Of a DNA stretch of 63,485 nt, positions 24,174 through 36,127 are shown one piece after another. The notes below the pieces were generated by a model. The model made no database searches and was not told the origin of the DNA. It worked only from the letters and a program-made list of their open reading frames with translations. The stretch covers positions 62,001-125,485 of the forward strand of contig DF237177.1 of assembly GCA_000708835.1 (NCBI GenBank), given 5' to 3'. This DNA is from Klebsormidium nitens. Lineage: Eukaryota; Plantae; Klebsormidiophyceae. The translations under genes and the position numbers were made by a program. Numbering within the stretch: position 1 is the stretch's first letter; the number at the start of each line of letters is the position of its first letter.

Positions 24174-27100
24174 ATGGAGTCTCAGGCTAGTCTCCAGCAT
24201 TTCAGCAATGAGTTGAGCAATATAGATCCGGACACTGTACAGAGCATTGCGTCAGGTGCGGTTAGGGTTGACATTGTGAGTTGCCAGGAGGGCGTCGCTG
24301 TCAAGTGCTTCACATGCGCTCACCGCATTTGGGTCAAGAGCAAAAAGTCCTCCAGCCTCATGACGCTTGCATGGCGCAAGAGCGACCGCGGCACGCTGAT
24401 GGGCTACCTGGTCAGTGCTGATGTTCCGAGGGCCAAGCAGTGCAAGCAGGTTNNNNNNNNNNNNNNNNNNNNNNNNNNNNNNNNNNNNNNNNNNNNNNNN
24501 NNNNNNNNNNNNNNNNNNNNNNNNNNNNNNNNNNNNNNNNNNNNNNNNNNNNNNNNNNNNNNNNNNNNNNNNNNNNNNNNNNNNNNNNNNNNNNNNNNNN
24601 NNNNNNNNNNNNNNNNNNNNNNNNNNNNNNNNNNNNNNNNNNNNNNNNNNNNNNNNNNNNNNNNNNNNNNNNNNNNNNNNNNNNNNNNNNNNNNNNNNNN
24701 NNNNNNNNNNNNNNNNNNNNNNNNNNNNNNNNNNNNNNNNNNNNNNNNNNNNNNNNNNNNNNNNNNNNNNNNNNNNNNNNNNNNNNNNNNNNNNNNNNNN
24801 NNNNNNNNNNNNNNNNNNNNNNNNNNNNNNNNNNNNNNNNNNNNNNNNNNNNNNNNNNNNNNNNNNNNNNNNNNNNNNNNNNNNNNNNNNNNNNNNNNNN
24901 NNNNNNNNNNNNNNNNNNNNNNNNNNNNNNNNNNNNNNNNNNNNNNNNNNNNNNNNNNNNNNNNNNNNNNNNNNNNNNNNNNNNNNNNNNNNNNNNNNNN
25001 NNNNNNNNNNNNNNNNNNNNNNNNNNNNNNNNNNNNNNNNNNNNNNNNNNNNNNNNNNNNNNNNNNNNNNNNNNNNNNNNNNNNNNNNNNNNNNNNNNNN
25101 NNNNNNNNNNNNNNTGTTAAAGTTGCTCTACGACAATTCTCAATTGTGCGGCCACAAGATATCTCAATTGTTTGAATCAAGAAACACTGACTCAATGGGC
25201 TCCATACTTGTCACACTGCCTCACAATGGCAGGGAGGTTCTTTTAGAAGACCTACTCCCGCCTTGTGTTCAAGGAGGCAGCGATGGGCATCAAGGAGCAG
25301 GCGGTGCGCTACCTCGAAATGATGGCGGCTCCCGAGGGGTCGGTTCGCGTTTTCCTGCCGACAGGGTCGGCGTCCCCTCCGCTTAGTCTGTACATGTCGG
25401 CATGGGATCACAACGGAAACGGCCGGCCAAAGAAACTGGGAAAGCCGGACAAGACGCATGCTTTGCCGGAGACAGTCTGGTGGGACACGCGCGGCAAGCT
25501 CTGCTGTACGTGCGACCGGGGCCGACTGACGGAGGGACGCGCCGTGCGTGCACAAGCTGGCTTTGGCGGCCATCAGCGAAAGCTGGGCCTCAACAGCGGA
25601 GCTGCCCACCCACGAGTTGCTTGGCAAAGGGGCGAGGGTAGAGCGGGTTGGAGCAGACGCGACGGGGAGCTATTTTGCGGTAGCGGACAACGTTCAGGGG
25701 CCGCCGGGCCCTCGAAGGCGCATGGTATTCCGCAGCAGCAAGGGGGTGTGGTACTGCAAAGGGAAGCGCGACGGGTGCCCATCTCTTGTCGATTGCTCGA
25801 GTGCGGCAAAGACGGCTCTGAGAAATGAGGGGGACCTTCCGATCGCCGACCAAGTGGTCATGAGCCTTTCGGAGCCGATATCCAGGGCTGCGCTGGGCTG
25901 GCTCAAAGCGTGGAGCCGAGAGTTGCCGACAATCGGACGGGGGGTGGTGCCCAGCGTGGGGGCACCCTCGCCCCCAACTCTGGTCAATGAAGAGCAATAC
26001 CTCATCGAGCTGCTAGAGCAGCGGCCCCACGAGCGGGCAGCGTGCGCCGGCGACACGTGCTTTTGTCGTCAGCATGATCGACTCTTTGAAGAGGCCGCTG
26101 CACACATCTCGGACGGCGATCAGGGCCCGGAGAAGGAGCCGGTTGCGGGAGAGGCACCCCCTCGCAAACGGGCAAGGCGGAACAAGGCTTTCTGGGAGGC
26201 GCACAAGCAAAGCCCGCATCCGGCAACGAGACGAGGGTGGGACGCGCGGCCACCAGCAGAAGCGAGGGGGAAGGAGGCAATCCGGGGTTGGGTTGACGCG
26301 TGCACGAGCTGCTCGTTGGCTGCAATAGCGGTCGCGGGAGGCCGATGCAAGCACGGACTGAGAGGCCTCGAGGGTTCGCGCCCCCGTCATGCTTTTGAGC
26401 ACGGAGGCGGTCCAGGTCTCAAAGCCCAAGCTAGCTCGCCCAAGCGATGCGCATGCTGTTCATGACCCCCTAGTAACCTCGCTCAGAAGCCCCGTCCCCG
26501 TGAGCGAGCTTTGCAAGTGCCACTTTCGAGAGCTTTCAGAGAAAGGGCTGCTTAGCGCGCTCTGCCCATTGGACTCTCCCGCATGCGGCGGCTCGTGGGT
26601 CGAGATGTGGGTCCAGGCAGACGTGACGGCCTCCCAGTGGAGCCAGCAAGTGCGGGTGCGGTTATTCCATTGCCAGTGCCTCGACGAGGCGCACACGATC
26701 CACTTTGACGGGGAGCACCTGGGGTTGTACGCGTGGAACCGGCGGACCCTCTTTGTGCAACAGAGCCTACAGCTGCTCCTGCGGGGGATGCAGCACGGGC
26801 ACAGCTTCAAGGCAGAGCTTGCGACCCATCAAACGGCCTTCCATTGGTTGCCGGACGCTGTTGTTTTGAGCGAGGAGACGTGGCGAAGGGCGAGCCTCGA
26901 CTTCTTCAAGCTGGTTGGGCTGGGGCTCCGGGATTGCTGCTCGTTGTGCGGTCCCCATCCAAAGGTAAGCTACATGACTTACTCATGCAAAACACAAGAG
27001 GACACGAGAATCTTCTGTCTATTGTGTTTCTCCTGTCTATCATTTTGTGACCGTGAGAAACATGCCTTTAGTGTACATTCTTCCATAATTAGTGTACATT

Positions 27101-29334
27101 TGCTGATATTCTGTGTACATCCAGTGACATTCCGTGTACATCGAACGATGTCCAGTGCAATGAATTTCAATCCCCTGATTTAATGGTCGATTGGCATAAC
27201 CTTGGCTCGACATACCCGTTGACCTACCGTCACAAGTTGGGCTCTTTTGCCAGGTGCTCATTTGCGACGGCATTGTCGGCCTCGCCAGCGCGGATGGCGC
27301 GCAAAAGCCAGGCGGGCTTGGGAGCTCCTCGCTTGACGCGCGGCGCACATTCTGCCACCCTAGCCGTTTCTCCACGGGGGCGCTCCTCGAGAAGCGGCCC
27401 ATCTCCGGCCGCGACTATTGCGGGTCCGGTCTTCAGGGGGGCGGGTTGAAGCGCAAGCTCTTGCTGCTACCTGAGTTGCGAGAAGCGCTCGCGCGCCTGT
27501 CCCAACATCGGCCCAAGGACGAGAGGCTTGGGAGGAGGCTGTCAAAGGTGGAGTATGAAGCGCTCTTGAACGGGCTCGGCTCACGAGGACCCCCAGATCG
27601 TGAAGCGTTTCGGGCCGGATGAGGCGGGGGGGCCGCTTCCAGAGGACGGCAGACGGCGCATGCTCGCCAAGCAGCGCACGATGGTACGAGACCAAAATCT
27701 GGCCGTCTTTGAGTTGCTGACGGGGATCCAGGCCGACTTTGAGAGGCGAGGCTTGAGCTCAGACCTGTGGCAGCGCTGGGTGGGCGAGTGGACGGAGCTT
27801 CTGTACTCTCTCGGCGCGCACGACAGCGACGAGGCTCTCATCGGACCTGGCGCATTGCATGTAATCCGGCGGCTTTGCCTTGGGGGCGAGGCAACTCGCG
27901 AGGACCGACGGGACTTGGCAAAGGACGCACCAATCCTGCGACGCATCCTAGATTCGTGCGGAGGGCTCACATTCCCGGCCTTCTTCATGCGTGTGCTCTA
28001 CCACCTCTACCTGCTCGTACTCTTGGCTCAGGGGGGGACGGGATTCGAGAGCGAAGGGCGGCGGGGCTGGGTGCACGAGGCAATCGATTCATTCAAGCGA
28101 GCGGTTGACCTTCTTACGGAAGCTCGAGCGCGTCCCTTGAGCATCGATGAAAGGCGACACTTGGACGAGGCGCGAGGGCTGGCGAACGAGCTGCTCCCAG
28201 GGGTCGAAAGGTTGGTGCCAAGCCTTCAACAGTGGGAGAGAATGAGCGGTCATGAGCGCTCGCTCTGAAGAGAGAGGCTGGGGCGCGACGAGGAGGGACA
28301 CGAGTTGCACCCGTTGCCGGCGGGGCACGCTTTTCGAGCCGAGCAGGACGTCTTGGCGTGCTATCCATTCCCTGGTTGGGAGGAGAAGCGGGGGTTGCCG
28401 TGGTACAGCAGCTTCGAGCATCCGGACGGCCGCAGTAAGAGTTCGGAAGAGAACAAGTGCGCAACGGGGAAGTTGATGACCGAGTGGGATGCTGAGAACG
28501 TTCCTGGGCTGGTGAAGGGAGCCGGAAAGCCCTCGGGATTGAAAAAGGGAAGCAAGAGCAAGCGGCCAAAGAGGACTAGGGGGGGTTACGTTTTTGCGTG
28601 CCCGCATCGGGTCATCTACGGCTTTCACATCATGCTTCGAGGAGAGAGTCCAAGGGACGCCTTTGTCGTGCTCTACACTCGGCTAAGGCGGGAGGACTTG
28701 CCAGAGGTTCTGGTGCATGACAACAGTTGCGCCTTGCGCAACTACTGCTTCCGCAGGGAACCGGCGCATTTTGCCAAGGTTCGGTTTGTCGTCGACAGGT
28801 GCGTCACTTTCACGCCATAATTGCGTGGTTGGACAATCTGTATGAAGACTTGGTTGTAGTGGGCGTTGTTGCCAAGCATTGAGTAGGGATTGCAGTGTGC
28901 ATCAACTGGGATTGCGTGTACATTGAGATTCATTTTGCAATTGGGCCGGTGCTGAGAGCTTTGATTCTCGATTCAAAACGTGTACATTGGGTATTATTCT
29001 AAAAATGTGAACTGATGTACATCTTCATGTTGACAGGTTCCACTTTTCAAAGGCCGGGTCGGAGGTACACAAGTGCGGCCCCTCAAATTGCCCGGACAGC
29101 TATCCGTCGCTCCACTGGGTAAACACCAGTGCAGTGGAGTCGGTGAACTCCTTTTTGAAGGGGTTCAGGAGTCTAGGATGGTACTCGGGGCTCGAGAGTT
29201 TCATGGTGATCCTGCCTCTGCTCTTGGGAGGCTACAATAGCGCTTTGAGGCGGGTCGACGATGCCAAGCTTAGCATTGCAATTGCGGTAGCCGTGTGGAC
29301 GGTGGGGGTGCGCGCTCAATTGTTGCAAGGATAA
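24174..29334 (+). mobile_element. Degraded KDZ-superfamily (Kyakuja-Dileera-Zisupton-like) DDE transposase gene with SWIM/Cys clusters; introns at about 26965-27253 and 28799-29036; N gap 24453-25114
   Basis: SWIM-like CTCD...CVHK (across a frameshift near 25540) and WYCKGKRDGC...C. Cys cluster HCQC...FDGEHLGL and CSLCGPHPK. After splicing: VLICDG (D), GGYVFACPHRVIYGFH...GESPRD, VHDNSCAL..YC..REP (D), VDRFH...HKC and NTSAVESVN (E). Frameshifts near 25540, 26400 and 27600 and an in-frame TGA at 28266-28268. Confidence 0.8.
27071..27141. repeat. 21-bp-period minisatellite with GTGTACAT core inside a transposase intron
   Basis: GTGTACAT at 27071, 27092, 27113 and 27134; further copies at 28916 and 28980 in the next intron. 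Confidence 0.8.
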
Positions 29335-29860
29335 TCGGGCGCTTTAGTGTAAGTTGAGCCCTATTCAGTGGCGGTACACACATTGATACATCATTTCGAG
29401 TAGTGTATCACGCTCCTAAACGCTGAAAGGCTGGCTCTTGAAAGATGCCAGATCATCTGCAACGCTTACGACGGCCGGATTAAGGCACGATGCGTTGCCC
29501 TTGCGCATAAAGCATATCGCAAAAGAAGCCTGAAAAGAAGCCTGATACAATTGATACGCCTGATACGCATATTCACAGCAAGTGGTCCTGTATGTAATGC
29601 TTCTCTTTTTTGTTCTTCTTTGAAAAACTTTTGTATACTTTATGTGTGTATCTTGTATCAGGCGTATCAGCTCCACCCGGCGCACATTGCAGACATCATT
29701 CGCTTCCCTGCATCATTGAGAGAATGATAAATACTTCACCGCCCAGAATTCCGCTCATTTGGCATTTCAAAAGAACAGTTGGCAACAAATTCCGAGATTC
29801 CAAGATTGATACACATCCGTTCAAAACAACCAAATTGTTGTATCCGCTGTATCAGTCTGC

Positions 29861-30638
29861 CTATGGGAGGTTCCCTTGCGCATCCGTCCGCCCTAGCTCC
29901 TCCTTGGTCTTCAAACGAATCCCAAAGAAACCTCTAAGCCGCTTCTTACCGTCGATCGTTCGAATCAAGATGGCTTTTCCCCGCTCTTGTGGGAATCCTT
30001 TCAATCGCATCGCTCTTGTCAAACCGTCCCCCGCCAATGCCACATCATGCCCACTTGAGTACAGAAAGTTTGTGAAGGCCTCGACAAACTCGATCCTGGT
30101 GACGCTTGCCGCCTCTCCCTCGGCCGTTTCCTTAGTAGTGCAAGCCTCGTCTATGAAAAATTGAAGCTTGTCGTTCTCTGAAGCGTACTCCCTTACAGCC
30201 GCGGAGAACTCCTCGGGGACTGGCGAGAGAACCTTTGAGGCGGGAGCTAGTGCCCTCTTTGCGTAGTACATGATCGCCCCCTGAACGCAAAAGTCTAGAG
30301 TGTCCGCTGCTCCTTCATCCGATTCGAAATATGGCTTCAGGGTTACATCGATGGGCCTGTGCATCTTGTTCGTTGCATCGAGCTCGTGGGGATTCTTGAA
30401 CGTGTAGTTGAACATGAGCAACACAAGCCGTCGAATGAGAGCGGTGTCATCGCTTGGAAAGTCCGGCCTGTAGTTCGTGAACAAACAAAGCTTGTATTGT
30501 GGCACGTAACTCTGCGGTTTGCAGAACAGCTCACGCGCATCAAGCTCGCCACCACCGCTGGCCTCTTTCACAAAAGATGCGTGAAGCACCTCTCTTCCTT
30601 CCGATTCGTCATTCGTGACAAACGTCTTTGTTCGAATC
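29861..30638 (-). CDS. D5-like SF3 helicase, C-terminal segment (copy 1, open frame, 5' side in gap)
   Basis: FVTNDESEG (Walker B region), KEASGGGELDARELF, KLCLFTNYRPDF..DD.ALIRRL; intronless, ends RTDAQGNLP*. Confidence 0.85.
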
Positions 30639-31138
30639 TNNNNNNNNNNNNNNNNNNNNACCATGCCGCTAGGGAGCCAAAACTATGAGTGCCGGAATTG
30701 GCCCTACCTGATCCTGCGAACGCCCAGATGCCGGATCATATGCAACGCTTACGACGGCCGGATTACGGCACGATGCGTTGCCCCTTGCGCATGAAGCATA
30801 TTGCAAAAAGCGAAACGAATCTTGATACAATTGATACGCCTGATACGCATATTCACAGCAAGTGGTCATGTATGTAATGCTTCTTTCTTTTTCTTCTTTG
30901 AAAAACTTTTGTATACTTTATGTATGTATCTTGTATCAGGCGTATCAGCTCCACCCGACGCACATTGCAGACATCATTTGCTTCTCTGCATCATTGAGAG
31001 AATGATAAATACTTCGCCGCCCAGAATTTGGCTCATTTGGCATTCCAAAAGAACAGTTGGCAACAAATTCCGAGATTCCAAGACTGATACACACCCGTTC
31101 AAAACAACCAAATTGTTGTATCCGCTGTATCAGTCTGC

Positions 31139-32430
31139 CTATGGGAGGTTCCCTTGCGCATCCGTCCGCCCTAGCCCCTCCTCGGTCTTCAAACGAATCC
31201 CAAAGAAACCTCTAAGCCGCTTCTTACTGTCGATCGTTCGAATCAAGATGGCTTTTCCCCGCTCTTGTGGGAACCCCTTCAATCGCTTCGCTCTTGTCAA
31301 ACCGTCCCCCGCCAATGCCACATCATGCCCACTTGAGTACAGAAAGTTTGTGAAGGCCTCGACAAACTCGATTCTGGTGACGCTTGCCGCCTCTCCCTCG
31401 GCCGTTTCCTTAATAGTGCAAGCCTCGTCTATGAAAACTTGAAGCTTGTCGTTCCGACTCCGAAGCGTACTCCCTTACAGCCGCGCTAAACTCCTCGGGG
31501 ACTGGCGAGAGAACCTTTGAGGCGGGAGCTAGTGCCCTCTTCGCGTAGTACATGATCGCCCCCTGAACGCAAAAGTCTAAAGTGTCCGCTGCTCCTTCAT
31601 CCGATTCGAAATATGGCTTCAAGGTTACATCGATGGGCCTGTGCATCTTGTTTGTTGCATCGAGCTCGTGGGGATTCTTGAACGTGTAGTTGAACATGAG
31701 CAACACAAGCCTTCGAATGAGAGCGGTGTCATTGCTTGGAAAGTCCGGCATGTAGTTCGTGAACAAACAAAGCTTGTATTGTGGCACGTAACGAGTCTGC
31801 GGTTTGCAGAACAACATCACGCGCATCAAGCTCGCCACCACCGCTGGCCTCTTTCACAAAAGATGCGTGAAGCACCTCTCTTCCTTCCGATTCGTCATTC
31901 GTGACAAATCTCTTTGTTCGAATCTGCATGAGATGGCTTGAGGCCGCAGAGGCATTAGCCTTGAACGTGGGTTTGATGAAGATGGCCTTGTTCCCCGCAC
32001 AATTGTAACGTCCAAAGGCCTTTCGGAGTGCTTGCTTCAACACTCCTTTTCCATTCGAGCCGCTATGACCATTCATGATGACAAACAACTCTTCCAACGT
32101 CTCTCCAATAAGACAATAGCCAAGGAACATCTGGAGCCACTCGATTGTCTCCAGTGGAAGAACATCCATCAGGAATGTTCGGAATCTGGCAGTGGGGCGT
32201 GTGGAAGCACCCGGCACGTATCTAGTTGTCTGATTGATGCACAAGTTCTGAGGATGATGGGGGAGCAAAGCACCGGTTCGAAGATCGATCAACCCGTTTG
32301 GAGCATTTGCAACTGTGGGATCTTGATCAAATCGGTCGAGCAGACCATTTACGTGCAGCTCTCTAACTGCAGAGTGCAAGCACTTACGTACGTCAGCAAC
32401 ATCTTGGACGTTGATCCTTCCAAAACTTGG
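31139..32430 (-). pseudogene. D5-like helicase, diverged frameshifted copy 2
   Basis: Same motifs (LGYCLIGE...GHSGSNGKG, FVTNDE). Small indels relative to copy 1 near 31460 and 31790-31820 break the frame; homology stops at 32430. Confidence 0.8.
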
Positions 32431-32762
32431 TGTAACGGCACGACTGCGCACCGACTTCTGGCTGCGCGCCAAACTCGCGGCCGCGCATCGTCCGTTATTA
32501 TACGCTATCGACTTATTTGATGTATCGAATCACTACACGACACGTGTCTGGGTTACTGTTCCACCGCGTGACCGTCCGATAAGACCCACGTGCACCGCGT
32601 GCGAAGGGAACCGTCCGATAGGCTTTCGAGACTAAGTGTGACGGTTGGACAGGGTCACACGCTGCCTGTCTACTTCACATGTGCGGAAACCATGCGAAGC
32701 TTCTCAGCACGCCTTGGGATCACCTCGTGCAAGAGCGCCTCTCAGAAAATTGCGTCTTCTTG
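32431..32762 (+). mobile_element. Insertion of unrelated sequence interrupting D5 copy 2; possible LTR end
   Basis: Copy 3 reads CCAAAACTTGG-CATGAT, whereas copy 2 reads CCAAAACTTGG-TGTAACGGC. TGTAAC is a typical LTR start. The other end is lost in the gap at about 32763. Confidence 0.4.
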
Positions 32763-32782
32763 NNNNNNNNNNNNNNNNNNNN

Positions 32783-33851
32783 GAACAGCTCGCGAGCCTC
32801 AAGCTCACCGCCACCACTGGCCTCTTTTAGAAAAGACGCGTGAAGAACCTCTCTTCCTTCCGATTCGTCATTTGTGACAAACCTCTTCGTTCGAATCTGC
32901 ATGAGATGGCTTGAGGCTGCAGAGGCATTGGCCTTGAACGTGGGTTTGATGAAGATGGCCTTGTTCCCCGCGCAATTGTAACGTCCGAAGGCCTTTCGGA
33001 GTGCTTGCTTTAATACACCCTTTCCATTCGAGCCACTGTTGCCGTTCATGATGACAAATAGCTCTTCCAGCGTCTCTCCGGTAAGACAATAGCCAAGAAA
33101 CATCTGGAGCCACTCGATTGACTCCGGTGGAAGAACATCCATCAGGAATGTTCTAAATCTGGCAGTGGGGCGAGTGGAAGCACCCGGTACGTATCTAGTT
33201 GTCTGATTGATGCACAAGTTTTGAGGATGATGGGGGAGCAGAGCACCGGTTCGAAGATCGATCAACCCGTTTGGAGCATTTGCAACCGTGGGATCTTGAT
33301 CAAATCGGTCGAGCAGACCATTCACGTGCAGCTCTCTAACTGCAGAGTGCAAGCACTTGCGTACGTCAGCAACATCTTGGACGTTTATCCTTCCAAAACT
33401 TGGCATGATATTGTCAAGCTCCTTTGCGCACGTCTCCATGGCCATTTTGATCTTCCTCATCTGCTTTGGATTGACTAGATTGGAATCGAGAGGCTTAGGG
33501 ACACCGTCAACCACAAACCCCTCCAACTCGGGACGGCTGGCGTACAAAGTGCCTAAACACCTCTCTCTCTGCCTGTCATACCATGCCAAGAGACAACCCA
33601 TCTGACATGTAAAGAGGCTCGAAACCAGGTTCGAGGTGTCTTGTACCCACGATGTCCCGTCCCAGACAAAAAAGAGCTGATCTCGACTCCTTTCTGCTTC
33701 GTTCGTGGTCACGAGAACTCGACCCTCGATCATGTAATGATATGCAAAGAGGCGTCCGAGATTGGCATATGCCTGGGGGGCCGCGTGCTCTTTGACAATC
33801 TGGAGAAGCAAGTCCTGAGTCTCTTGACTCCCTCTCGTGTATCGCGTAATT
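32783..33851 (-). CDS. D5-like primase-helicase, middle segment (copy 3): D5_N region and Walker A
   Basis: FFVWDGTSW, NAPNGLIDLRTG.L.PHHP (D5_N-like), WLQMFLGYCLTGE...MNGNSGSNGKG (Walker A), RFVTNDE; bounded by gaps. Confidence 0.85.
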
Positions 33852-34012
33852 NNNNNNNNNNNNNNNNNNNNNNNNNNNNNNNNNNNNNNNNNNNNNNNNN
33901 NNNNNNNNNNNNNNNNNNNNNNNNNNNNNNNNNNNNNNNNNNNNNNNNNNNNNNNNNNNNNNNNNNNNNNNNNNNNNNNNNNNNNNNNNNNNNNNNNNNN
34001 NNNNNNNNNNNN

Positions 34013-35643
34013 TGTTCAGCGCCGCTTCACTTGGCATGATCTTGTCAAGCTCCTTTGCGCACGTCTCCATGGCCATCCTGATCTTCCTCATCTGCTTGGG
34101 ATTGACTAGATTGGGATCGAGAGGCTTAGGGACACCGTCAACCACAAACCCCTCTAACTCGGAACGGCTGGCGTACAAAGTGCCCAAACACCTCTCTCTC
34201 TGCCTGTCAAACCATGCCAAGAGACAACCCATCTGACATGTAAAGACGCTCGAAACCAGGTTCGAGGTGTCCTGTACCCACGATGTCCCGTCCCAGACAA
34301 AAAAGAGCTGATCTCGACTCCTTTCTGCTTCGTTCGTGGTCACCAGAATTCGCCCTTCGATCAAATACATATATGCAAAGAGGCGCCCGAGATAGGCGTA
34401 CGCTTGAGGAGCGGCGTGCTCAATCACAATCTTGAGCAGCAAATCCTGCACATCTCGCGTCCCCCTTGTGTACTGAGTGACAACTCGCATGTCGTCGTGA
34501 GGATCCACGGGATCTGCGGTAGCATCTTGCAAGGCGGCCTTCAAGTTCTCCAAGACCCCCAACTTTTTGACGGGCTTGTGCGAGCACTCGTCTCCATGGC
34601 AGCGGTAGTATACATGCAGTTCCCTCTTGAGCAGATTGAAGTTGTTGCTCCCCGAGTGCATATGGCCAAAGAAGCACCGTCGAGGCCCATGCGTCCGGTA
34701 GCAATAGTATGTCCCGTACAGGCCGTGTGGTAACGACCCTGCGTACGTGCTTGTTGAATCGCCGGCCTTCTCTGACAGCAATTTTGAGAGTTCTGCCATC
34801 AAGAGCTCCCTGCCGTGTGGCGGTTCCAAACTTGGGCTCGAGCGATCTTGCTTGAAGCTTGGACTTTCCACACGTCCTGGCATGGTTGCATCAATTCTTG
34901 CTCCCGAAACCTCGCCACCCTCCTCCTCATCAATTGTTGCCGCACCGGTACTATGACCTGCATGATTGTTGACCAATTCTGCGAGCCAAATGGGCATAAC
35001 TTGGCACGCTTCATAGCTGGGAGGTCCATTTATCCACTCATAGTATGTTGCAAGCTTGCCATGAGCATTCAAGTAGCTCGTTGGTGAAGCGAACACAACA
35101 CCACCGATTCCTCTTCCATCAACGCCAAAAGTCTTGTCGTCGACCTTGAGACCTTGAAAATTTCGTCTCCACTTGAGACCTGGAGAGTCGAGCTTGAAGT
35201 ACAAGTGCAACCCACCAGAGCCGGTCCTTGCGTTCAGTGTCTCCGGCTCTCCGTGGATCTCAACAAGTTGCTGCCAGAGCTCTGTCCCTGGTCGCTTCCC
35301 CCCTTTTGCAGCCACATCAATGTCTAGCACATACACTCCACTGACTCCAGCAAGTATCGCAAGCCCGTTTGCATCCCGCTTCTCCTTCATTGCTTGATTG
35401 ATGGACCGCTCCCACTGCCTCTGTATCTTTGATATGTGCATACTTGTCAGGGAAGTCAGCTTGCTTCGAGCCTCTATTCCGATCGCAAGAGACGGACACT
35501 GGGAGTGCGTATAAGCCGTTGTTACAGAGTCGTTGGATCTCGTTCCTGATGCTGACGGGTCCTAGGGCCTTGGGGTCTCTGGCTGTCTGAGCCTTCCCCT
35601 GGGATCGAAAGGCGTTTGCCCGTTCAACATCCGACGTAGCCAT
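34013..35643 (-). CDS. N-terminal part of primase-helicase: bifunctional Prim-Pol domain, Cys/His linker and D5_N start; one frameshift near 35430
   Basis: GLYALPV (ORF starting 35643), then NGLAILAG.SGVYVLDID, ARTGSGGLHLYF and VDGRG.GGVVFASP (Prim-Pol motifs), and CFFGH.H...CHGDEC. Overlaps copy 3 in sequence, so segments 35643-34013, 33390-32800 and 30638-29861 rebuild one protein of roughly 1000 aa. Confidence 0.82.
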
Positions 35644-35751
35644 TCCTTTCTATACTCCAGTGAGGAAAGACTATGAGACGATTGAAACGCGCTCCCTTGA
35701 CATCTGCGTTCTCGTACCCGGCTTTTTTTCGAAGCTTCATTGTAGGGCGTC

Positions 35752-36087
35752 ATGGTCCAAAGCACAAGTCCTTTAATCGACACCGACACTTATCCATGTC
35801 ATTGCCGCGTTTGTGAGACGAGTCGTGCTTACCAGAAGGAGCACCATGTAGAGCACGCGCAGACCGTTCGAAGATATTATGGGCGCAATCGTGAGAACAT
35901 CCTCGCACAAAAAGCCTACAAGCGCTTGCTTAATGGGACCACAAGAAAGCTCCACAAGGCCACAATTCAGCGCTTGATAGACGCCGGGTATGATGTGTCG
36001 CGGACGGCCGTCCCCTTGGACACGGAAGGCGAGTCCAAAGCCCCCACCGTGTTTTTGAGTGCGTTCACAAGCATCGAAGTCTCCTGA
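35752..36087 (+). CDS. Small basic hypothetical protein (111 aa) with CHC..C and a basic helix
   Basis: ATG-initiated intronless ORF between the primase-helicase (divergent) and the recombinase (convergent). RAYQKEH...RRYYGRNRENILAQK resembles the basic small ORFs of virus-like elements. Confidence 0.45.
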   Translation: MVQSTSPLIDTDTYPCHCRVCETSRAYQKEHHVEHAQTVRRYYGRNRENILAQKAYKRLLNGTTRKLHKATIQRLIDAGYDVSRTAVPLDTEGESKAPTVFLSAFTSIEVS

Positions 36088-36127
36088 ATGAGGGGTAAGT
36101 GGCAAGGTGGTCAAAGAGCCTGAGCGT

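Noticed and set aside
24404-25386. Long ORFs spanning N gaps (also 57572-58312 and 61662-62583)
   Set aside because: Artefacts of translating Ns as X.
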